A DNA stretch of 63,961 nt, filler included, from Klebsormidium nitens (Eukaryota; Plantae; Klebsormidiophyceae), in assembly GCA_000708835.1 (NCBI GenBank). It is 5 parts of 5 records of this genome, joined end to end, with 100 filler letters (N's around TTAATTAATTAA, not from the genome) between each part and the next. Parts side by side here need not be neighbours in the genome. Positions count along the whole stretch, not along the records: positions 30,732 to 53,100 come from DF237893.1; 4 more parts are not named here. One strand, written 5' to 3'. Positions within the stretch are counted from its first letter, which is position 1, and each line of letters starts with the position of its first letter. Shown here one piece after another: positions 39,150-50,000 of the stretch. Under the pieces are notes generated by a model. It saw only the letters and a program-made list of their open reading frames with translations. It was not told the origin of the DNA and did no database searches. Made by a program: the position numbers and the translations under genes.

Positions 39150-39346
39150 TGCGCATCAGAAATCTGAAGCACACGTCTTAAAGTTCTCTTCTGTTTCTTT
39201 GTCAAATTCAAACCAATTCAACGCTCTTGGATTCTTTTTCAGCATGGCTGGGGTTGAAACTGGAAAGTTTTCTCTGAAGGGGCTCTGCATGAATGATGAA
39301 GGCTTCTGCCTGATCGACATGTGCATGACATAGGTACCTTTTCAAG

Positions 39347-39776
39347 GGGTACCGTCACTTTGTAGTGGCACCCGGTTAGGTATTTTGGAGGCACTTTGCC
39401 AAAAAGTGTCTCAAGGCCCCCCCCCTCCCCGGCCTTGTCATCACTGGCAAGGTCAAGGTCCCAGTCCGGTGCGCTACCAACCGGGCAATTCTTTGGTTAA
39501 AAAGCACCATCATATACATGAATCCGGCCCGATTTTGGTGCTGAAAAGTGCTTCTTTTTTTTGTTCTCGGGCTGAAAAGTCGGAACGTTTAACAAAATAA
39601 GGGTAACTGTGCATGAAAATGCATGCTTCTCTCTTGAAACCTGGCTGGGGCTCCGCCCCAAGCAAAAGGCCTCAAGCGCCGCCCCCCCCCTCCCTACCTT
39701 TGCTTGGCTGATCCGAACCAAGCCGCCCCCCCCCCCAGAATACCTAAGGGGGTGCCACTTCAAAGTGACGGCACCC
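39347..39776. mobile_element. MITE-like element with ~42-bp imperfect terminal inverted repeats
   Basis: Left 39347-39388 GGGTACCGTCACTTTGTAGTGGCACCCGGTTAGGTATTTTGG versus the reverse complement of 39735-39776, GGGTGCCGTCACTTTGAAGTGGCACCCCCTTAGGTATTCTGG. No clear TSD. Confidence 0.7.
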
Positions 39777-39788
39777 TCGATGCCATTG

Positions 39789-40278
39789 GGCTGCCTCCAC
39801 ACTGCCGGATACTTGGGTCGTCGAGTACCCCCCTCTGGAGTATCCCGGGCAAGTAGCCCGTCCAGACTGCGGGATACTTCACCCGGCTACTTTGCGTTCC
39901 GCGATGTTCAGCTGCTACTTCTCCTTCTCACGTGTGGACGAGTAGCCCGGCAAGTATCCTTCGAGAAGTAGGCTACTCGGCCGGCCGGCGGCTACTCGGC
40001 GATCGGCCAATCAGATTTGACTAGAACGGTCGAGTTGTCGAATCGGACGCGTGTGAACACTGACAGTCCGGTTTCTTGAATAATTGCGCGAATCTTTTAG
40101 TCAACGTGGCACGCGGAGAGCGACCGGCGGAACTAGCCGATGTCCAAAGTAGCCCCCGGTATGGAAGCGGCTACTTCATCTCCCGCATTCTGCGGATGAG
40201 CTCCCGGCTCCTTGGAGAAACTTGAGAAGTAGCCGGGTACTCGAGTATCCCCAAGTATCCCCCAGTGTGGAGGCAGCC
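39789..40278. mobile_element. PIF/Harbinger-like MITE (490 bp) with 3-bp TTG target-site duplication
   Basis: Perfect 16-bp TIR GGCTGCCTCCACACTG / CAGTGTGGAGGCAGCC, extending imperfectly to GGATACTT. TTG flanks both ends (39786-88, 40279-81). About 14 AGTA(G/T)CC subterminal motifs in both orientations. Confidence 0.85.
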
Positions 40279-40450
40279 TTGGCGTCAGATTTCAATACTA
40301 GGAACACTCGCAAAGTGCATCTGAGCCATTTCTGCAGTGCCAAAAGCTTGCGCCCCATGAGAAAACTTGAACTTAAAGTAACAGCCTAGAGGCGCAGGCT
40401 GGGCGCAGGGCCGTCCTTCCAGCTTCTGAATTGCTAAGCAAAGGGCCTCA

Positions 40451-42215
40451 ATGGCTGCCGCAACGTTGGGTCGTACTGTTGGCTCAACAAATAAAGTCCT
40501 TCTGTCCTTTCAATACGATGCCAATGAGTCATCGACGAGCAGAGTGCATATGGCTATTGCAAAGCCACTCTCTCATAACTTGCTGGTACAACCAGCTTTC
40601 AGCACGTTCCAGAGGTTGCAGTGCAATCATACATCCAGTAGGTCTGCTCAGGCAACTGCAAACCATGTCAGGTTCGTTCGTCAGCTTTGCATTTCGACAG
40701 CTATGGTAGTATTGAAAGAGATGGCCTCTTGCGTTCAGATTGGAGCACCAACTAGCTGTTTGTTACTTTCTGCATGATAAATCATGCATCGTCCAAACGA
40801 AGGGCCTGGAAAGCCGGCATGCAGAGCCATAGAGAAGATTTATTGTCGGCTCCTTAAGGTTGTATGTCTTTCTAGGTAATTTACTCTGATCTATTCTGGT
40901 CTGCAGAAGACGCGTGCTTGCATCCTTGGTCAGTGCTTTCATTCTCTTAAAGGTTATTCATAGTTCTGGTGCCAGGTGCTGAGGCCCAAATCTTAGGCCT
41001 CTTTCCTTTACTATAGGAAGGGGCAGCTGGATGTGAGGGAAAGTCAAAGGGGCACCAGTCGGGAAGGAGAAGCGTCGGCGAGGAAAGCAGAGGTGAAGGA
41101 CTGACTTCTTTGCTTGATCCTCAGCGAACTTGAAGCTTGCCGTGGCGCTCCCGTTTGCTGTTCAACTTTGGTCAGAGATTGGTGGTGTCGTTTTGTTAGA
41201 TGCAGCCAGGAACCAGGCCATCATCTCTTGTGAAAATATATGAGAATGCTCCCTAGATTGTGTGCTCAACCAGTGCCTTGTCTCTTGACTTGAAAACCCA
41301 AAGTGCTCGTCTGATCAACGTTCCAAAATCAACCTTCTTTTGACATTCTTCTGCGTCACGCTGTTTGAGTGTCTCATCAGGTGGCAGAGGTGAACGTGGG
41401 GACGTGCTTGCTGCGCTTTCCTGTCGATCTGCCTGCCAAGGTCATGCAACAGCAGCTTGAAAGTGTATACGGGCCTGGACTGCTGCTAAGGGCCTCAGAC
41501 AGCCTCGCTTTCAGCAACGACGACAAGGTGTCTGCAGGATCGTACGAGTATATCCATGGTGATTTGCCTTTCTCAACTACCTTCTCTGTCACTGTTGCTT
41601 GTTTGCTCGCAAGCTACTTGCCTACGTCAGTGTACGACATGTCTAAAGGACACAGACGCCATATCGCTGGCCCCATTCTGCCTTTTTGAGGGACCCTGTG
41701 TGATGGTGCGCCGTTCTTCAATGTAGTCCAAGGTGATGGTAAGTATGTGCTGTTGGAAAGGGAAACTTGAAAAGTTAACTGAATCCTACTTGGTCTTTGG
41801 ATGGCAGAAGCCCTGGAGCAAACCTTTAGAATCAGCCTAAAATCCTTCTTCCAAGTGCGAATAGAGGGCATTGGATTTGGTGGGAAACAGCATCACTAAT
41901 TCGGCTTTCTCAGTAGGATTGTTGGAATGTATTCCCAATCGAGTCCATTTAGATTAGTGTAAGTTTCAAACTCTGGAAGTCCATCTTTCGACCCCTGTTG
42001 TGTCGAGGGCCACTTCAAGTTTCCTCTGATTTTCCATCCAAGATATTGTTGAGTGTGTGTTGATGGAAAACTGAGCGTTCTCTGTGTTTGTCCTGAGATG
42101 CGATTGGACATAATGTACAGGGGAACATACGGTGAAGCTAGACACGAAGGAAGCGATGGAGGGTCTAAGCAAGGTCCTGGCAAACCTGGAGAAAATCTCA
42201 AGGCTGGTTGAACAG
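40451..42215 (+). CDS. Hypothetical multi-exon host protein, divergent from POP4 (3' end unresolved)
   Basis: Phase-consistent exons 40451-40705 (S/T/R-rich, transit-peptide-like), 41381-41558 (VAEVNVGTCLLRFP...YGPGLL...AGSYEYI) and 42121-42215 (short helical segment), all with GT-AG sites. Confidence 0.5.
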
Positions 42216-42808
42216 GTAAGTGCTTAGAGTAGCTTTACATTGGCAGAGGTCAGGTCTGACCTCTGGTGTTGTGGGTCTACCCACAACATCAGTGACTGAG
42301 TTGCATTCTGACAGGTTAGGCTTTGCTGACTTCAGCCTTGAAGATCCCCGGTGGGCCTCTTGGTCAGGCCCTCAGCGGCGAGGTCAGCGGCGACGAGGCC
42401 GCTCATTTCCGCCTTACCAAGATTCGTTCTGGCTCGTTTTAAGTGTACATGTGTTGACGAGTTTTGTCACCTTGACGTTAATAAAAGTCATTGGCGACTT
42501 AAGGAGTTGTTGTGTGTTGCGTAGTTGATTCCCGAGGTTCAAGGAGGAAAGTCAAATGACCTTGTCCTTTGTCGATTCCTTAGTGAGCCACAAATAGAGG
42601 GTCTGATGGCAACTCATGTTTGAGACTTTGGCCCACTGTTTCTGCCAATTCTGCATATAGCAAAGGTCGTCGACATTGCAGCACACGCGCCCTTGATGAG
42701 CCAACCATGTTCTGCTCATGTTGGAGGAAGTGGTGCAAGGACATGTTCATCATCACGCCGTCAAAGCGTTTTTAAAACCGGGTTGGTATTGTTTTGCAGA
42801 GGAGAAGG

Positions 42809-42901
42809 CGCCGCTGGTTCATCTTTTAAGCAGTGATCTTTCGCAACAAAAGTCGCCGCTGGTTCATCTTTTAAGCAGCGATCTTTCGCAACAACAGTCG
42901 C
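42809..42901 (+). repeat. 45-bp tandem duplication
   Basis: CGCCGCTGGTTCATCTTTTAAGCAG.GATCTTTCGCAACAA.AGT at 42809 and 42854. Confidence 0.85.
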
Positions 42902-45900
42902 TTGTCCATCTTCAAGCTGCCTCCGTCAGCAGGAAAAGTCACTGTGGGCGGACTTATGCATCTCCTGTACAGCTCATATTCACCCAAAGACTCTGGCATT
43001 AGCTTGCCTTCTCGTTTTAGTCGTGTAATCTACCCAGGCAATGGGTGTCCGCCAAGAATACTTCCTCCTTTGCTAGTGAACCAGTGTCTTAATGCATCGC
43101 ACTTGGATTGTTGGCCACAAAATACCAACGGAAGCTTTGATCAACAGTATTTTTCTGGCACTCAGCAATGTTCGGCCAGCGCGCGCAATACCGTGCGGCT
43201 GCCTTTCACCTGGCCAGCCGAAGGCGAATGAGCCAAATGCTGGCATGAACCGAACCATTGCAAACCAAGCATGGCGGTTCAATTCATGGCACTGAGATCC
43301 AACGGACTATCTCATGTAGCGCGGTATACGCAGTGTGGATACAAGCGCGGCCCATGCATACTATATGCATACGAAGCTTTGTTCAAGGTAAGACAACAAT
43401 GACAGTATTGAACCAAAGTGCATCATGTACGGTATACGATGTTTTCGAGACTGCTAGTTGGATGGAACAACGAGCTAGATGGCACACTGAGCACCCGTTC
43501 ATGCTCCTTTCATGCCCCGTCTTCTCAAAGTGGCTCATGACAACATGATGGTGCTCAAAAACCATAGCTTCGAATTGTCAACTATACCGTACATAAGCAA
43601 TTACCAACATATACCAACTTCAATCAAAAGCTCCAATAACTCAACGAGATCGTCGTAGAGCTCTAGACGTACTCGATCGAGCATGACTCCACTAGCTACA
43701 ATAGTATAATAATGATGAGTTGTACCTTGTATCCATGTAATGTTTAATGTTTTTAAGTTCGGTTCGAAGCCGTGATCGGCTCAATTGACGAATCTTATAT
43801 CTTATGATCTGTAGCGAACTCGCATTATACTAAAGCTCTCCTTCGGTTGCAACATATGAAACTTGCCCCCGAAGTTCAACTACCTTCCTAGCTACTGAGA
43901 CACGCGCACATACCAAAAAGTCGATGAAACTTTATCGACGGTTCTGAAGCCGGGACACGTCACCCGGCAGGTTTCGGAGACCCGTCCTGTTTCGTGAAGC
44001 ACACATTTCAGACTTGGTTATGATGCTGACTGGAATGATCGTTACGGTCCCCTAGCTGCTAGGAACAACTGTTTGACGCCCTTGAAATTACAGCTGAATT
44101 GGAAGTAACGCTGTGGGTTTGGGCGACCCAATGGGTTACCTGAAGTGTCCAACCCTAATCCACCAGCCCAGGCCACCAGCTCGACCGTTGTTTGTTGGTT
44201 TAAGGTGCACAGATCCTTACTACAATCCAAAGGCAGAAAGCATTTGACTTCAGAAGTCATCTGTTCAATCAAAGCTCTCTGAGGCTCTGAAACAATCTTG
44301 CTTCTTGGTGCGCCCTTGCACTCTCACTTCTGTACTGCGCACTTGCACCTCTGAGTAATTTTACAGCTTGCACTTAAAGATGTGGGGCAAAGACAGCTAC
44401 TGAGCCTCAAAGCTTGCCGGCTGAGAAGTTATTTCAATGATAGATTGCTCAGCATTTCGTGATAGCTTTGTTAGGCGTGTTAGAAGCAGAGAATGCATGC
44501 GGCACGGTGTTGACTCCAACTTGGAGATCAACCACACCGGCGCAAGCTATGAGCAGTGGTTATCAGTGAGGTTCCAGAAGATCAGGTGATCAACGTGCAG
44601 CAGGCAACGAGGCGGGTCTCTTTAGATGCATGCTGAGGTGAGTCCTTCACATCTTTATGGCATTGCTCGCAATCTTCATTGGGATCTGCTTCATCTTTTC
44701 AGCATCTAAGGTACTTGCACCTAGAATATCATGCCATCTGATCAGTGGCAGCGTGCGATGCTACATGAAATTAATGCTGGTGCAGGTGCTGCACCAGTGA
44801 AGACCACCCTTGCCAACCAAACAGTGATTGAGGCGACTGTGTCTCAAGTCAGTATTTGCCTTCCAGCTTCAGGCTCTGAACAGAGTTTTTCTTATGGATG
44901 ACTGACGCCTTGTTGTTCAGTACCAAAAGCTAGGTCTCAAGTAAGCACTGGCTAATTGAAATCTATGGATCATAGTCAAATTCCTACTTAAAAGAGCTTG
45001 TCAGATGTAATGTCTCACTCAAATCACAGGGGCCAAGAAGGTCAAAGAGTCTGGTTAAAGAAAGCATGTCATATGTTTGGAGCTACTGTCCAAGTCTTTC
45101 ACATGCGTATTTGACTCTCTTTGTGAAACATATTGTTTCATCATGGTGCATTTCATCATGGTGCATTTGATATTTCCCACGGGTAAGTTTTGCCCTTGCA
45201 AATCCGAGGGCACTTTCACAATTGTCTTGATGAGGTGGCATGTCTTATTTCTGCTTATGAGGGAACCACTTCTCCTCAGCAATTGCCTGAAAACAACCTC
45301 CATCAAAGGATGTGTACCAGCTTTCAGACCTAAGGAGGCCACTTCGCATCTGTTAAAAGAGCTCAGATTTGCCAGCCTCATCTCAGGCCGCCTTCTTTGC
45401 TTAAGATTTTCAGCTACATTGCACTAATGGCAATTGCATTGGTTTGGTGCGTTCGATACTTTTGAAAATTTGCTCTGACCTTTTGCAGTGCCCTCAGAGA
45501 TTCATCTCACATTACATTGCATTCATCAGTGTTCAAAGGATTTCATTAATTGTTGAATGCCTAGATTTGCGCATGTCTCCAAACAGAATTCTCCTCAGTT
45601 TTGTTTTGTTTCTTGTAGTCTAAGTTTCCTATTCTGTGCTGACTAAGACTTCTCCCCTGTCCTGTTGCAGCCAAGGGACGGTGCTCGAATAGGGGTCCTG
45701 GAGCGGAGTGGCGACGCTGGTGATTAGAAGAGCTGGACTCATAACCCTCCTCTAATGCGGGCACTTGGTTGGGTAGAAGCAGTGGGGCCTTCCCCGGCGA
45801 GCTCGTTGTTACGCACCTTGATACAAACCAAGGCATCCTCAAGACGCCAAGGCCGGAGCTGAGGTGGGCACATTCTCTGGCCCTTGGTTCTTGGCGGAAC

Positions 45901-46899
45901 TCGTCAGGAGTAATGTTTCCACTCGTTGCGAAAACAACTTTACTGTTGCTTCAGACGGTATAATCGAATCGCAGCAGTCTTGTATGTGTTGATTGTCACT
46001 CGATTGACATCAACCAGCCTCGTTGGCATACAGATTGCAACCTTTGCTTTGCTGATACGTTTGATGAGATGCCCAAGTATCTAGTTCCGAACTTCGATCG
46101 CACTTTCGCGCGCCTATATTTGAGAATCTCACGATGGAAAACTTTCTCGACTTTTAGCTGTTTGGTAGATCAGCATCTTGCGCTTTGTTCTTTGAGCGGT
46201 AGGCTGTGAAGGCGGGACAGTTTCCAGCTCCGTTCCTCAGGGCTCTAGTCTCAGTCTGGCAGCTTTTTGTTATGGTCACATACGCCCGGCTTGTAGGGCC
46301 CTTGCGACCGGGCACTTTGCTGGCCTTCAAGCCAAGTGTTGAGTTTGTCCAGGTGCTGCTCCAAGAGAAAGCCATTGTGCCTTACCAGATCAGCGGCTAG
46401 AAAACGAGTTCATGTTCTCATGTTCAAGTCGAGTTCATGTTTCCGGTCCGAAAAGTCGTTTGATGTGATTTTCCCCCTTTGAATGGACACCTTCGACAAT
46501 CCTGCAGTCGCCTTCCGGCGCCCTTCGTATAACTCTTTGAGAGCAAAAGGCCAGCTTTGGAAGGATTGCCGTTTTGAATGATCAAACGACGACCTATCTG
46601 AGGCTCTCAGAGACATTATCCTCTTAGAGCAAGTCCCCTGTGGTCCTCGAGATTCTGGCCAAAGAAGACCAGGTGTGTCATCGCCGTGGTCATGCTCAGC
46701 GATTCAAATGTCTTCCTGTCGAAGCTTGACGAGTATTCAGCCCTTTTCGTCCGCAGGTTTGCGTGAAAAGCAACGCAATCAGGCCATCGCCGACGAGACT
46801 CAAAGGAACAAGCGACACTCATTCCCGTTTCGGACGTTCTCAAGCCCTAGGCGCTCCTCACCGTCGGCTGCGCTCCCGTATTGAGGTACGAGCGGCAGA

Positions 46900-47015
46900 A
46901 ACGCTCGCTCCTCGTGCTCCCTCACTGACGTCATCATGACGGTGCCAGGAAGCACCGAGGGCGGCGGTGGCGTGTGCTGCGAGCGGCTGCACCTGGTGGA
47001 CCTGGCGAGCAGCAA
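46900..47015 (+). pseudogene. Degenerate kinesin motor-domain fragment (switch I / switch II)
   Basis: NARSSCSLTDVIMTV...CERLHLVDLASSKQ in one frame, matching N-x-x-SSRSH...KLHLVDLAGSE with the catalytic R, H, G and E substituted. No P-loop exon seen nearby. Confidence 0.6.
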
Positions 47016-50000
47016 GCAAACGGGCACGCGTGCGGGGCGGGGGCGCCTAGCTTGCAAGGGTGAGGAAAGAAGATTGGATTTCACGCAACAATCTCATACG
47101 GTGTCCTTATTGCAGAATATCCAAGCAGGAACGCTGCGGAGATTGCAGTTAAAGCTAGTGGCAGCTGATTCAAAAGTCAACAGGACATCTTTTGGCCCTC
47201 CAGTAGCTCTCAGTAAATGGTCTGATTGCAGTCGTTGTCCATCATGCTAGCCATGTCGGCCTTAAGCACCTGATTGCACGCTCTTCACTGCGTGAATTTG
47301 GCTCTTCGTCTAATTAGAATTAGTACAAGGTTTCGACGTTCCGGATCTGGCCGACTGTTCAACCTCGACACTGCGACGTGTCTTTTCAAAGTTCCCTATT
47401 TGAGCATTTATGCGCTCATTATTGTAGTCGTATCACGAGTCTGTCGAGTATTTCCGTGCGGCGGAACGCGGCGGAAACGAAACGGACAATCTTCGGCTGG
47501 ATAGTGTTGCGTGTCTCAGAGGAGCTGGACCTGCATTGACGAGTTGTCGCCTCACAATCTGTGACCATAAAACTGCGTTGCTCCTTTTCTCTTCTTACAC
47601 TTAGCTTGGTCTACGTTCCGGGAGCCCCGAACTTATCCCAGATGGTCATACTTTGTTTTGTTGCGAGGCGCCCGGCGCGAAGGCTGGCGACGAGCCGCTG
47701 CTGTTGCGGGGCCGCATCAGAGCAGGGCCTCCTGGCAAGGCACATGCTGGTGGGCGTCGATTAATGGCGGCTCTCTTATCTTACGAACTGTGATTTCATT
47801 ATGTTTCGTCAAATGCCTGCTCAATGTGGGGATATTGGAACTTGGCGACGCACGTGTATCTGTATGTACGTCTTCGTTCTGTGATCATCCATACTTTTAA
47901 AACCTGTCCACTCTAATGGACTTTAGGAAACCAAAACCAGACTTCAGGGTTGAATGCAAAAAAGAAGAAAAGAAAGAGCGCATTTGAGTTCTTCAGCATC
48001 AGCCCATTCAAGCTCTTCTAAATACCTGTTTGGCTGTTTTGGAGATCGGTGCCTACGATAAACTTGAGACTGCCGGATTTCGGCGAACTCTTTGAACGCG
48101 TTCTCTGCGCCTCGTTCTAGATGTCACTCCTCTTCTCCTAGCGGAATTTTGGCCTTAGCACCCTTACACAACCGGCCACATTGCTCCGGCCGTCTCTAGC
48201 CTCACCAAAACCCTCCCCCCTCCAAACCGACATGCGGCTTCCTGCTCCAGCAGCTACATAAAATTGACCCATCGCTCATATTGATGTCACCTCTGCAGTG
48301 AGCATCTACCGGCGGAGAAACCGCCCAGCGGCGCGCTCGGCGCTGCCTCGTATCTGCAAGTCGCGACCTATGTCAAACCTCGTGGCCGCTCACGCCGCGG
48401 CCGCGCTGCTGACGTCCAACCGCCTCCTGCCGCCAAGCTGCCGTCACCTTTGCGCAAAATCCCTTGGATAACGTCACCGTTGTCTGGCGACCCGAAAATC
48501 AACAAAAGCTCGCGGAAACCTTCGTAGCAGGGTTTGGAAGCAGCCAGTCACGCGGGTGCGAGGGATTGCTAGGGCGCACGTGGGGCTGGAGTGCTGACGT
48601 AATGCGTGCAATCAGTCCACCAGCGAAAGCCGCGGGGGACCCCCCTCTGCCGCCGTCGGTTCTGGACAATCTGTAATAAAAATGCGCGTACCGACGGTTT
48701 TAGCGAGCAAGGGAGTCAAGTGGGGGAATGGAACGCTTGAGCCACTTCAACCGGGGTGGATGTAGATGCACGGTACCAAGTCCCCGGGTTGTTTTGAGCA
48801 GCCGAAGCATCGTTTGCGAATCCGGCCGGAGTCGCTTCTCATCTTGGGCTGCAGTTTAGGCAGACCAAGCCAGGGGAGCTCGCTAACCACGTCTCAAGTC
48901 CGGGTTAAGGCAGACCTGCAGGGTAGAGGGTCAATCCGGTTTACAAGGCCGCCCTTTTGGAGAGCGCTAACCCGCGTACTGTTGTCTCTACTTCCGACGG
49001 AACGTCGCCCGGAAAGGCGTCAGATGACGAAGTTAACGTTTGTGACCGATTAAATTAGAGATCCGCGATTTAAGGGGGGGGGAGCGCGGGTTATGCGGCG
49101 GCGGCCAGGTTCGGGGCACCAACAAGCGCAAGTCGGACGGTGCTGGAAGGAACGAGGCGACCGCGAGGTCCGATCGATTTGCGCTGTACATGTAAGTACA
49201 CTGTAAGTTGCTACATGGACTTGAGGAGAGATGTATACTCTGGATTGAGAGTTTTTGACTGATGTATTTGTCACGCTGCCCTTTGGAATCTGCGATCCAC
49301 CGTCTGTGATAAGCAGACTTTGGGTATTTCTAAGTTCTGAGGCCACGAGGCCAAATACAATTATCTTCTTCTTTCGGAAATCCATTATCTGCCCTCAATT
49401 CCGTCGGAGGTAAATTTTCAATGTCCTCATTTCACCCACAGCCTGAAAGATTTTGTTGGCAACCTGACTCCGTACCATCCAAATTCTGAAGCCCATGTCG
49501 GAACTTCTGAATCGCGATTCAGGTTTGAACATGCTGACAACTCCGTCGGTCATCTTTTCGGGCCAATTCTGCCCCGTGCTTTGTCGAAGAATCATGCAGA
49601 GTCGCATCGCGCTTGCTCGTACCTTCCTGTATGGGGCATGTTGTGGTCGTCGCTCCAGAAGGTTACTGAAAATATCACGCAAGAAGGAATGGCAAAATGG
49701 ACTGTTTCTATTCCACGATTGAATCCTTCGAAGCTTCCCAACGGTCCTTTTTATCCATTCAACTTCACAATTGCAGGAACGACATGCTTCTCAAAACCTT
49801 TCGGTAACGTACACCCGGATGCGCACCGTGTGGGCCATGTGATCTGGTGGCGCTGTGAAACTGGACACATAGCGCGTGTGCCCGAATGCGCCATTGGCCG
49901 AGATGCGGGGCGCGCTTCTAACGTCTCATAGTGCCATGTGGCTCTGCCTAATTGGTGAGTACATTTCTAAAAGAGTTTAGATACATTATAGCTAGTCCTA

